Source: Octopus sinensis (Eukaryota). From it: DNA of 64,000 nt. The notes below the pieces were generated by a model. That model had not been told where the DNA came from, did not search any database, and saw only the letters and a program-made list of their open reading frames with translations. Where the stretch lies: assembly GCF_006345805.1 (NCBI RefSeq), contig NC_043013.1:47678001-47742000 (forward strand), written 5' to 3'. Each line of letters begins with the position of its first letter. Position 1 is the stretch's first letter. Shown here piece after piece: positions 1 to 12,424 of the stretch. Made by a program: the position numbers and the translations under genes.

Positions 1-1578
1 TTTCAGCTTTCCAGGGTCGATAAAATACTATTTACGTAATAATGTCTATTCAACTAATCTCCTCCGCCATATTTTGGGTCTTGCCAATGAAAGGAATTAT
101 TGTTAAGCATTGTCTTTAAAAAGTGTTGGTTTGTGACAATGTTAGAAATCATTATTGATGGGACCACCATAACAGTTATTATAGCAAACACGATTACCAA
201 AAATCTCATCTGTCCTTATTGATATTCAATTGTGTCTGAGACTAAAGAACGGATTACCATAAAAGGTTATATATTATGGCTTCCTAGATATTCACAAACT
301 AAACGGTTGTTTGAAAACACCTTCATTGACGTCTTTTAAGGTTCTTATTATTTCTTTTGGGAACAGTATCTGTTCGGTGACAAAGAACATGTAATCAACA
401 GTAATACTTCATCATGCTAAGTAAAGCTCAAAGCAAATGTGAAGATATTGAAGAACATTATATAAAAAGTAACGATATTAAAATGATATTTTCAACTACA
501 TTATAAAGACGATTGTGTACTGCCTGTTAAATTCAAAATTCTTGTGGGGAATTTCTAATTTATTTTCCACAATGAAGAGTTTACAAGAAAAAATAGTATC
601 CAGTGTATTTCAAGGAATATTTGGATTATTTCGATTTATAACTCCACCGAATTACTTCCTCATTTCGTGACATCATTAAATTTATATTTACGAAAAACTG
701 AAGATATGCATTTCCCTTTCCATTCTAATTTGAACAATTTCAAAAAAAAAAATAACAGGGTAAACATTAAAATACTGGAAATCAAAACTTTGTGAGCTGT
801 AGCATAAAACCTCACAGGTTGAAAAGTAAAAAAGAAAAACACACAAGTAGATGATAATATAATTAGATTTGAAGATAGAGTAGAAAAGATTTTTCCCAAG
901 TGCTTCAAGAACAATTTGATTTGTATAAATACTGCATCAGGAAATAAGTAGTTTTCAGCTAAATATTGCAGTGAGTCGAGTCGAATTATGTTAGAAGGTA
1001 ATTTATTAAAGAGAAAGTGGGCATCTTTATAGAGACAGGTAGTAAATTGGTTCGGTATTACCATGAAGAATATTGATATTGCAATAAGTATTTTAGCGGG
1101 ATTATTGCCTTAGAAGTTACTCGTAACCGTAATCAGACAACAGAGTTCAGTGCAGCTGCAAGCGCAAGAGAATATGTGCAGTAAACATAGAAGATACACA
1201 AGAAATAAAGTTTACTATGAACAACTATACGATTGTTAAAATATATGAGAGAAATGGGCTACAAAAAGGAAACTTTCAAAATAAACAGAGAATAATTCCT
1301 TCTTGTAATATAATGGAAATCTAGCTTTGGATTTTCGGCAGAATATTGATTTCTTATATTGGTGCGAAACAAAGGCACTTCTTAATATCAGTATACTTGC
1401 TTAAATTCACTTCTGTTGCATATATTTGGTACTCATTTTATTGATCTTGCTGGAAGATATGGAAAAAAAAAATAACAAATCGAATCCACTCATTTAAAAA
1501 TCAAAACACTAACAGACAAAACTAAACGTTTGCTGTTCACGTTTTATCCTTTATCTTCATGACACGGTTGATCTGCAG

Positions 1579-1667
1579 TGTCACCGATTTACTGTGGGTG
1601 GATGTCTTTCTGATGAGCGTTTCAGGTATGCTGGCAACATGGAAGAACGTTATCTTCGAATACTGAG
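1579..1667 (+). CDS. Candidate internal exon of an unidentified host gene (CHRFTVGGCLSDERFRYAGNMEERYLRIL-R/S)
   Basis: First AG after a branch-like ACTAAAC and pyrimidine tract (ctgcag|), strong donor GAG|gtaaga, only one open frame, more GC-rich than its flanks. Peptide not recognised. Confidence 0.3.
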
Positions 1668-4149
1668 GTAAGATTCGCACTCAGATTACATCACTTTCTA
1701 CGCTGGAAACTACTAACTTAATGAAGTCCGGAAATATAATAATTCTTCCGCCGAATTTGACGATGACCTCACAACTTCTAAAAATAAAAGAATAAATAAA
1801 AGAAAAAACAAGAAAGAACGAAGAAAACAAATTGCCTAAAGTTATTATGCTTGTCTACTGGTGATCAATAGAGATAATTTCAATTATATGGCACGTTATC
1901 AGATGGGGCATCCGTGAAGGAACTACAGAATCACAACGGCCCCCGCTTGAAATTCTGAAACGTAAATATGAGAAAAAGTGAAGTTAATCGATTTCTAAAT
2001 TTATATCTGTAATGAATTCATATTTGCAGTTTCTGCGTTCAAATCCCACTGCAGTGAATTCGACAGGGAAGCAGATAGGATTGTATAAAAATATTTGTGG
2101 ATTTCTTGGTAGCATTTCTCTTGGCTTTAATTTCTGGTTTCGTAAGCCGCCGAGTTCATCTTTGCCTTTCATCCTTTCGGGGATCGGTAAATGATGCACC
2201 ATATGAACATGTAAGCCACTAACCTCTTTGACCCTTAATTTGCTAGCTTTGTGTCCTGTTTAGAAAGAATCATATAGCAGCTGCATACTGACCTCAATAT
2301 CACTATAGCTCTGTATGCTGCGATTGCATTGCTTATCTCATTTTCTCTCTTTAACAAAAGACAAACAGAACGAATATTATTAAGACGCCAAATAAAAACT
2401 GAACTCACGATCCTTGGTTGTCCATGTACAACTACACATGGTTTTCATTATAAATTATTGTGGTATATTCTAACATGTCCTTTTCAGCTCAGTTTGTGAT
2501 CATCTACAGATCAAACTGATAAACAATAAGAATATATAAGCTTATTAATAAGCTTAGATCCATAAAGATTGAAAATGCTGATTTTTTTTTAAAGGCATAA
2601 TCAACGAGTTTTGTAGAAGGCGGATGATGTTTATATATTTAAGACCAGGTGGTAGAATCAGTTTGATATAGAGTTTTGTCATCTCTGATGTTCTCTGTAT
2701 TAACAATAATTAAACTTGAATGCATGTGTTTTGATGCATTAACTTTGAAGAATAAAGAGGAAAATAGTGGTGCAACACTATTTTGGAAAGCTGGTGAAGT
2801 TAATAGCTGCGTCTTTAAACGTCAGATGTGTGAGTCAACGTGGAATGGAATTTAACAACTTTACAATGAGGAAGCGCACACATGTTCCTATGAATACATG
2901 AATCCTTTTTGCATATTCTAAAGCATAAGTAAAGAAGAAAAGATTTCATCTCGTGCAAAAACAAAATAGAAAGTGTGGATATTTTGTTATTGTTTTAAGT
3001 AGAGATGTAAAAACTGATGTCTACTAAAATGGTGTGTTCTAAATATTACAGCAAACATAAAACTTAATAAAAATTAAAAAAACAGTATCTAATAAATATA
3101 GAAGCAATAAACAATGCGCTTTCAAAGTGGATAAAGAGACATAGAAACTAAAAACAAAAGCTGGTGGCATTTGAAGTAAGGAACCTATTCAGAAAAATAT
3201 AATTTCTTTAGAGATAAAAAAAAAAAGTGGAATAATAGCTGTGAAACGATAAAAGAATTATCCAAGTCATGAACACGGCAACGTTACTAAAAAATCCACT
3301 AGTAAATCTTGAACATTGAAAATATGGAACAATCCTTTAAAAACATTCTTTAAAACCGCCTTCAAAAAGCCAGCGATGAATGCATAATAAAGATAGAATA
3401 TATCGAAAAGAAGGGATTTCATAAAGAAAAGAAAAGGACAGGTGGGGAGGGTGTAAGAGTGAGTGAGGGAGTGAGTAAAGGAGGGAGTGAAAGAGTGGCA
3501 AAGGGGACAATAAGCTGTCATGCCTCACGTCTTTCACACTGTGTGTTTTCCTTTATTTACCAAAGATTGTGAATAAATTCTAACCTGCCTCATTGGAACA
3601 GCTATTATTATAGCCGCCATATAATAGTCACAGCATTTAAAACATATTCTAGCTTATCCGCTCCACGTCGTATTATCTACAACAATTTCTGGTTTATTTT
3701 TTTGTTTTTTTTTTCAAATAGTTGCATATATTGTCGGGAATAAGTTAATTTAACGAATTGTTTGAATAATCGATTCACCAATCAATGCTCGAAATATATA
3801 CTCAAATAATAATACAAACATATTGGCCGATAAATATAATATATATTGGATCAACAGATGAACCGATCGATTACCTCGTGATACGTTCGGGGATTGATCT
3901 TTTTCATGAATCTCACAGCTGTCCAATTTCACATGGAATATAATTACTCAGACCTTACCCTCATTAATTAATAAATGACCCCTACATTAGAAATTTGAAA
4001 TGGAACCGTTTCACTGGTTCACGTAATGGACTGAGGCCATACTCTGACATACCTTTCGGGAATTTTAAACATTGCTATTCAGCTAAGTACTTGTGTTAGT
4101 GTAGTATACATACACACACGCACATACACATGCACACACATGCATATAT

Positions 4150-4971
4150 TTTTTTTATTTATCTAGTTTTATTTATCAGCTTTTTTTATTTTTTTATTTA
4201 TCTAGTTTTATTTATCAGCTCACTAGCTGTGGCCATGCTGGGGCACCGTCATTTGGTGTTGCTACATGATTTTACTTCACGAATGCTTTTTAGCAATTGC
4301 CATTTGGTGCATGAGAGAGTTCGATGCAGCTGCCCTCATCTGCACCTCCAGCCGTGAAGTTGGTTCATCTGGGACACCTGACAAGAAGAGATCCAGTTTC
4401 ATTTTAAAGACACCTGCATCCACCCCATGCAGGTCTCTTAGGTTCTTGGGGAGAATATTGAAGAGCTGTGAGCCTCGGAAGCCCAGGCTATCACAGTATC
4501 TTGTCCTACATCTTGATGGCAAATTTGGAGTCCTTGGCACTATGCAGTGGCGCCCAGTTCTGGCATTTGTGTAACTCTCGATGCCAGAGTTTAGGACAAG
4601 TCCTTCTAGGATCTTCCAGATGTATATTATGGCATATCTTTCTCGCCTACGCTCTAAGGAATAGAGTCTCAATCTCTTAAGTCTTTCCCAATAGCTTATA
4701 TGCTGCACAGAGGCTATCTTCTTCGTGTAGCTTCGTTGGATCGCCTCATGTTCTGTGATTAACTTGACACTGGATGGTGACCATAGCTGAGAGCAATAGC
4801 CAAAGTGGCTTAGGACAAGTGTCCTCCAGAGGACCATCATGGTTTCCTGGTCTCTTGTTCTGAAGGTTCTAAGAATCCATCCGGTCAGCCGCCTACATTT
4901 CATTGCCAATTTAGCAACATGCACATGAAAGGTTGCATCATCACTCCTGTAAATACCCAGGTCCGGCACTG

Positions 4972-4972
<1 letters not shown>
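4150..4972 (-). mobile_element. 5'-truncated CR1-type LINE: ORF2 C-terminus (4277-4969), 3' UTR and duplicated tail
   Basis: Uninterrupted 230-aa frame with DLGIY, YCSQLWSP, EAIQRSYTKKI, YWERLKRLRLYSLERRRERY and FNILPKNLR...FKMKLD, typical of the CR1/L2-group RT thumb/C-terminus. 5' end abuts (TA)n; the 3' tail unit GCTGATAAATAAAACTAGATAAATAAAA occurs twice. Confidence 0.9.
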
Positions 4973-5036
<64 letters not shown>

Positions 5037-5162
5037 ATTCATTGCAGATATAGGGTGAAAGATAATTAATTAATAAAATTAACAAATTTCCCCTAGTAGT
5101 TTTTCGGTATGGAAAAGGACCATATTCGGTAAAAACTTATACAAAAAGTTTTTTTATATATA

Positions 5163-5469
5163 ATTATAACAATAAGGGTTTTGCAACAAGTTGCTTGACC
5201 ACATACCGAAAATTTTAGAAATAGCAGCCAAAAGACTACTATTTCCTTTTTCTACAAAAAATATGTCTCTACAGACAACAATATTAGTAACTCACACATA
5301 GCAACAAAAAAAAGAAGAAAAAGAAGAATTGCCATGTGTGAGTTACTAATATTGTTGTCTGTGGAGACAAACTTTTGTAGAAAAAGGAAATAGTAGTCTT
5401 TTGGCTGCTATTTCTAAAATTTTCGGTATGTGGTCAAGCAACTTGTTGCAAAACCCTTATTGTTATAAT
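5163..5469. repeat. Fold-back element: ~142-bp inverted arms, 24-nt spacer
   Basis: 5163-5304 is the near-perfect reverse complement of 5329-5469; flanked by (TA)n. Confidence 0.95.
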
Positions 5470-5553
5470 GTATATATATAGGTAACTATATATATATGGA
5501 GTGGATGCAGATGTCTTTAAAATGAAACATATATATATACAAGGTAACTATAT

Positions 5554-5618
<65 letters not shown>

Positions 5619-5639
5619 ATATGTATATATATGTATATA

Positions 5640-6160
5640 TAGTTCTTTAACAAGAATATGGTAGACAGTGACTTCGAATTTTCGGCCAGCTAAGCCATCG
5701 TCAAACAGCGATACATTGGATTTAGTTTTGCCTTTATATAGTCTCAGTTGAGTTAAACATTTAATTGATTAAGTTTGTGGTTATGTTATTGTTTAGAAGT
5801 TATTCATGTATGTAGAAATTTGTAAACACGCCTGTGGGTTCTTTCTATTTTGGTAGGAAGGCACGAGTTATGACAGATTTTTGTTGCTTTTGGCATTATT
5901 AAATTACATCTTTTTGCTTTGACAATATAAAGGGCAAAGGTACAAAGTCCAGAATTTAAGCCCTTAGTAATTCGTTGTGCCAGCATTTTGTTTTCCCGAA
6001 AATAATGCAGGCAAGGGGTAAGTTTAGGCTGGTCCTGTCTTTACTTATAATTTAGGGCATTTCTTCTTTTCATTTGTAATGTTGGGTTATTAGTCAGGCA
6101 TGTTAAGGGTTTGTTAGTGTAGAAAATCGTTTCTCTTGTGCTTTGATGTTTACAAAGGTA
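5640..6160 (-). mobile_element. Degenerate Penelope-like element remnant with decayed hammerhead (5666-5710)
   Basis: Minus strand reads TTGACGA-T-GGC-TTAGCTG-GCC-GAAA-ATTCGAA-GTC-ACTG, a mutated HHR core; nearby ORF has a KRCNL motif like PLE GIY-YIG C-termini. Weak. Confidence 0.35.
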
Positions 6161-6170
6161 TTTGTGTAGA

Positions 6171-6399
6171 GGCAAGCTGGCAGAATCTTTAGCACGCCGT
6201 GAAAAAATGCTTAGCGGTATTTCGTCTGCCGTTACGTTCTGAGTTCAAATTCCGCCGAGGTCGACTTTGCCTTTCATCCTTTCAGGGTAGATAAATTAAG
6301 TACCAGTTACGCACTGGCGTCGATATAATCGACTTAATCCGTTTGTCTGTCCTTGTTTGTCCCCTCTGTGTTTAGCCCCTTGTGGATAGTAAAGAAATA
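6171..6399 (+). mobile_element. SINE family S1, full copy with 14-bp TSD
   Basis: B-box-like GAGTTCAAATTCC; near-identical to copies at 49941, 54677 and 60581; TSD GG(T/C)ATTTGTGTAGA at 6157-6170 and 6400-6413. Confidence 0.9.
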
Positions 6400-7439
6400 G
6401 GCATTTGTGTAGAAGTTGTAAATTTATAAGTTTCTTTCTGGGTTTTCATTGTAAGAGTGAGAGCAAAGAGTTTCTTTTACGTTTCATAGCATATCAAGAT
6501 TAAGATTAAGTTCCATAGCAGCTGTATTTAGACTACCGTAATCAAGGAGCACTTTCTCAACATTACGCACAAGGTAACTATTATCTCAAAATAAAAATAA
6601 TAAAAAGAAAAACAGAGAAGCTAAACTCATGGTAGTTTTCTCATAAATACTATTAACACCTATCAACACCTATCAAGAGCGTAAGCTCATGATACAAGTA
6701 GAGAAGCAATTGAATAATCCGAGTGGTTTTCTCTTATTTTCTTATTTTACAATTAACTACATTGCCAAAATGAAGGTCATTTAGGAATATAAAGGACTAC
6801 ACTATCCAGTTTATCCTTTCATTCTCGAAACTTACTAAGGTTTCCAGAAGATTAAGGGACTATGTAAATATTGATATATCGATAGAAACCTAATTTTTCG
6901 ATTATGTAACAATTTTTACATATTCAGCAGATTCCACTTGCATGTTTCTGCTAAAAGAATTATTCGCTATTGAAAAGATTAAATGAAATGCATGATGTAT
7001 GAAGATAATGGTAGAATATTTTTCATTTCATTATGTAACACATTTTACTTCTGTCAGAGACTATATAATTTACAGTCTCATGAACACGTATAAGGCGTTA
7101 TAGAGCCCCAAACTTTTCAAACAAATTGGGAGAGGAAGAAGCAGAATTCAGTATAAGCAGCCGATAGAGTAGAAAGGCCGACAGAAGTTATGAAACTAGC
7201 ACACAAAAGGATTAGAAAATGTTATGAAACATAAAGGTTTTGTTTATAGTGAAAATATCGGCAGACGATACAGAAAGGAATAAAAACAATGGAGAGAACC
7301 ATGTTTTGTAAATTCTCTTTTGTAAGCTTATTATCCAAAGACTAGGTTCAATGGGAGAGTTTTAGAAGTTTGGTTCAGAGAGAAGAAAAAATTAGTGGTG
7401 TCTCTTAAGTAACCGTAGGGCATAGGAAAAGTGATACAT

Positions 7440-7495
7440 ACATACATACATACACACATGCATAAATAACATACGCACACACATTAATACATACG

Positions 7496-7558
<63 letters not shown>

Positions 7559-7748
7559 GTATAAATGTATATGTATATATATATATGTATGCATATGTGT
7601 GTATATATATGTATGTATATGTATATATATATATATGCATATGTATGTATATATATATATATATATACAAATATATAAATATATATGTATGTATATATAT
7701 ATATATATATATATACATACATATATATATATATAGTTATATATTTAT

Positions 7749-7781
<33 letters not shown>

Positions 7782-7839
7782 CACACACACATATATATAT
7801 TATATATATATATATATTATATATATATATATAGATAGA

Positions 7840-7872
<33 letters not shown>

Positions 7873-8280
7873 ATGTATATATATATATAATTTATATATA
7901 TATTTGAGAAGTAAGAGAAAGGAAGAGACAGTGAGGTGAGTTTAGGAAGAGAACGAAGACAAAATTCTAGTAACACAGAAAGCTGGAGAAAGCCGAATTG
8001 GTTGACAAAGATTCTAAAAGGAGAACAAAACGTAGCAAAAGAACAATCCATTTGTTTTGTAAACGGATATTACAGAAAGGAGCCTTAGAAAACTAAAATA
8101 AAAGGCAGAAAATAAATATTCAAATAAAATACTGAAGGAGACAAAAAGAAATTTACTCAGATTGTTTTTGAGATGTTTTAATATTCAAAACAATAAAAAT
8201 TATTATGAATTTTATTATTTGTACATATATATCAAAATATTCCAGTATTCATAAATACAGACATTTCTGCGCATATATAT

Positions 8281-8326
<46 letters not shown>

Positions 8327-8400
8327 CATATATATAATATATATATATAATATATATATATATAATATATATACATACACATATATATATACATATATAT

Positions 8401-8455
<55 letters not shown>

Positions 8456-8592
8456 ATATATTAATATATATATAAAAGCATATATACGTGTATGCAATTT
8501 TGTATATACATTTGCAAATATATCATACTTATACATAAATATACATGTACACACAGAGACACAGACATGCACAAACACACACACACACATAA

Positions 8593-8625
<33 letters not shown>
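7440..8625. repeat. Compound (TA)n/(TACA)n/(CA)n microsatellite arrays
   Basis: Direct reading; source of the YIYI ORFs. Interrupted by unique sequence at ~7900-8270. Confidence 0.95.
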
Positions 8626-8626
<1 letters not shown>

Positions 8627-9243
8627 GGAGTGACAGAGGAAGTAAGAGATAGATAGGCTGATAGACAGATACATACATATGTATATAAACATATACAGGT
8701 TTACAAATGCATATAGTGTGTGGGAGAGCTCTACCACTGCTCTCGGCTGTGCTCCCTACATAGTGTCGAATCAAAATCGGAGCTTGAAGTGATGTAATGT
8801 TACTGCAATGAAAATATGAGAATGCAGCAGATAAACTACAAAAAGAGTCTAAAAAAAAAACTAAGATCTCATTCCCTGGGTCGAAGGTGCTAGAAACAGG
8901 TAATAATCTATACATGGAAAATTCCGGAAGAGCTGAAATATAATTTCGACTTTTATACAAATGTCCGAACAAGATCCCATTGCGTTGTATTCAAACGTGC
9001 CGTCCAACTTACGATCCCAGACGAACCAACATCTCGGTATGAAATACAATTTCGGGTAGTACTTATGTGTGTGTGTGTGTGTGTGAGTGTGTGTGTGTGT
9101 GTGTGTGTATGTGTGTGTGTGTGTGTATGTGTGTGTGTGTGTGTGTGTATGCGTGCGTGTGTGTGTATGTACTAAATAAAATGAATCAACAAAACTAAGG
9201 CTGTGTGGAATTTGTAGGACATTTATAGAGAGGAAGGCAGTTT

Positions 9244-9290
9244 TACAGCTGTTTCTGGGATATTAAGGATATCCCTTCATCAGAGATGAT
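9244..9290 (-). ncRNA. Minimal type I hammerhead motif in PLE pseudo-LTR remnant (stem I broken)
   Basis: Minus strand CTGATGA-A-GGGATAT-CCTTA-ATATCCC-A-GAAAC-AGCT-GTA; same family as 22695-22742. Confidence 0.65.
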
Positions 9291-9311
9291 ATGAGAGTTA
9301 GCTAGAGGGAA

Positions 9312-9360
9312 ATAGTTTGTTCCTTCTCGAGCCATGCTTAGCTCATAAGGGCCGGTTTCT
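9312..9360 (-). mobile_element. 3' tail fragment of SINE family S3
   Basis: Reverse complement matches the AAACCGGCCCT(T)ATGAGC...GCATGGCTC(G/T)AGAAGGAACAAAC tail at 30390-30440. Confidence 0.7.
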
Positions 9361-10962
9361 TAATTTTCTCCCTTAATCTCTCTACCCTTCCTTCTACTTA
9401 TTTCTTTTACTTTCTTTTTACCATTTAATAGCCACCTCCGCTAAAATTCTGTTACTGAACGTTGATACGTTCGGGCCCATTTCTGGATTTTTACACTATC
9501 AGGATTTTATCCTTCAAGGATTTACACAAGATTGCACCTAAGGACTTACAGGCTTAACGTTTGTTGTCCTCTTTAGCGATTATATATCCACTATATCGGA
9601 AATCGACAATGGCTCCAAAACTACCGCCTTACTTGGAGCCTTACTAATCCCTTACACCACTTACCTAGCGTACCTAATCGTTTAGATCACCTGTGAACTA
9701 AACTCCAATACTTTGTATGTAGAGATGTGTGTGTGTTTGTGTGTGTATGTGTGTGTGTGTGTATGTGTGTGTGTGTGTGTGTCGTACCACTGGACAACAT
9801 GTGTTAGTCTGATGGAATAAGTATCAACCTTTTAAAAAAATAAGTACCGGAGTCGATTTGTTCTGCTAAACTTCTTAAAGATGGTGCACCAGCTTGGCCA
9901 CAGTCTAAAGAAAGAAACAATTAAAATATATATATGCATACATATACATATGTATGTGTGTATTCATATATATATATGTGTGTGTGTGGGTGTGTGTGTA
10001 TTCGTGTATATACATGTGTGAGTATTAATTTATGTAGAGATGGCGCCACTAAACTCTTGTTCGAAATATATACTTTTCCAAGTGGCACACATACACTGAT
10101 CTAATAAATAGAAAATTATTATTTCTAAATCTCTTTTCGAAAATATAAGGATAAAGAACATAACCACTAGTTTAGTGTTGTGTAAGGATCGTAGATTAAA
10201 TAGCAAAATGCATTTAAGTTGAAAAAAATAAGGGGGGAAATCCCTAAATATGGGAAATACAATCATTTTTATTTGTGTAACTTCTAGAATGAGATCCCTA
10301 AAATAGGATAATGAATCAATAATTGTAGTTTGTGATAGAATTGCTCAATCGTTATATTGATAAATCAAAGTCTGTTTAGTTAACTTGGTTTTAAGGATTG
10401 CTTGAAAAAGCCAGAGTGTAGAAGTTCGGGGGGAAATAAAGATATTTTACTGTTATCTCTGTCTCTACAGATTTTCTAAAGAAACTACAGCAGCACTAGA
10501 AGCTACGACGTTTGTAAATAAAGCGATCGAAGATAGACAATTAGGTGCACACGGATATTTTAAGAGTTCCAAATATTTGTAATTAAAAACGTTTGTTAAA
10601 TTAGATAATAATATTCTCGAAAATTCAAGAAATATAGGAATAGGCATACTCAGACACTAGTACGAAGTAAATACAGAAGGCTTGGGTTTATGCACACACA
10701 CACACACACACATAAACGCACGTACAAGTATATATGTGTATGTGTGCGCGTGTGAAATCAAACCTTTCGCATATATTTTGCTTATTTACCTCTTTGGGAA
10801 TTAAATATGTTTTAATGAAGACATTTCTTCTTCGAAATATTTGTAATAGCTTCTGTTGTATATTCGATTTAACTACGCATTAAAGTTTACTTGTCAATCA
10901 AAAATTCATCCATACCACCAAAGACTTTGATAAAATAGTCGTTCTTTTGTATTGGTAACATA

Positions 10963-11372
10963 TACTCTCTTTTACTCTCTTTTACTTGTTTCAGTCATTT
11001 GACTGCGGCCATGCTGGAGCACCGCCTTTAGTCGAGCAACTCGACCCCGGGACTTATTCTTTGTAAGCCCAGTACTTATTCTATCGGTCTCTTTTGCCGA
11101 ACCGCTAAGTGACGGGGACATAAACACACCAGCATCGGTTGTCAAGCAATGCTAGCGGGACAAACACAGACACACAAACACAAACACATACATATATATA
11201 TATACATATATATATATATACATATATACATATATACGGCAGGCTTCTTTCAGTTTCCGTCTACCAAATCCGGGGCTATAGCAGAAGACAATTGCCCAAG
11301 ATACCACGCAGTGGGACTGAACCCGGAACCATGTGGTTGGTAAGCAAACTACTGACCACACAGCCACTCCTG
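10963..11372 (-). mobile_element. SINE family S2 (tRNA-derived head, central microsatellite, CR1-like tail)
   Basis: Head GGAGTGGCTGTGTGG...GGTTCAGTCCC with A/B boxes, TTGGGCAA body, tail GGTGCTCCAGCATGGCCGCAGTCAAATGACTGAAACAAGTAAAAGAG; many copies in the window. Confidence 0.9.
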
Positions 11373-12119
11373 CGCCTATGCTAAATATGCTAAATATTCT
11401 TTAGGAGTATGGCTCTATTTTTATTGGACAAAGCAATTTGCTGTTTCAACAATTATAGTATTGTGGTGGACAAAGAATTCGGCATGATGGTATACAGTAT
11501 TATGTTATGCCTGTTTATGGGAACACGCGTGGCCCCAAAATTAAGGAACTCAATAAAGTAGAGACTTTAATACATTACATATAAGATTACATGTATGTTT
11601 GTATTTCATTGATTGCTGTTTTCAGAACTGTTGGAGAAAATCTCATCATTGGATTGTAAATATATGTTACCAAAAACTATAAAGGGAAATGTATGAAAGT
11701 GCATGGAAGAGACAGGAGGGTGAGCATGGAAATAGAGCAAATTTTTTACGTACGATCGTAAAATCTTCGAAAATTTAAGAATAAAAATAAATCTTGGAAA
11801 TACGATTGGTAATATTCACAGATCGATAAAACCAACGACACATAGGTTAGCTATAGGATGGAAAATCAGGCACGAGACGGATTTGAGTTGAGAGATAATA
11901 GATAAAAAAACAATGAAATATTTATAAATGCACAAACGGAGCATATAATTTCGAGATCTTAATGTTTGAAGCGATATAGTATTAGACATTATGTGACCAA
12001 AACAGGCGTGCATTTATCACCTCTTCAAGCTAAATAGTGATACAAGAAATTATTGCCCAATAAGCTTAATACTGATATATTTCTTTGCTAATTTGCAATC
12101 GCTACACAGGTGGCTGTTA

Positions 12120-12340
12120 TTCTTTTATTCTTTTGTTTGTTTCAGTCATTTCATTGCTGCCATGCAGGAGCTCCGCCTTGAGGGATTTTAGTCGAACAAA
12201 TTGACACCACTAATTTTTAAGCCTAGTACTAATTCTATCAGTCTCTTTTACAAAACTGCTAGGCTCCAGGGGACGTAAACAAACCAATTCCGGTTGTCAA
12301 GCAGTGAAGTGGGGAACAAACACAGACACAAAGACACACA
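12120..12340 (-). mobile_element. SINE S2, 3' half only
   Basis: Aligns by eye with the tail half of 10963-11372. Confidence 0.8.
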
Positions 12341-12424
12341 CATATAAATACATACACACACACGCACACACACATACATATATATGTGTATGTATGTATG
12401 TACGCATGTATATATGTATACATA

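Noticed and set aside
660-1064. 134-aa hydrophobic minus-strand ORF
   Set aside because: No recognisable motif, F/L/I bias explained by T-rich DNA, and about one ORF of this length is expected by chance over six frames.
6490-6573. Exon-like segment with a good acceptor and CAAG|gtaact donor
   Set aside because: All three frames from the strong acceptor hit stops; the open QLYLDYRNQ frame needs a weak acceptor.
7392-8633. Many long ORFs rich in YI/CV/HT here and at 13.3, 20.1, 23.1, 26.6, 28.4, 29.0, 35.3, 39.5, 47.7, 52.9 and 57.5 kb
   Set aside because: Translations of (TA)n, (TG)n and (CA)n microsatellites, which lack stop codons.
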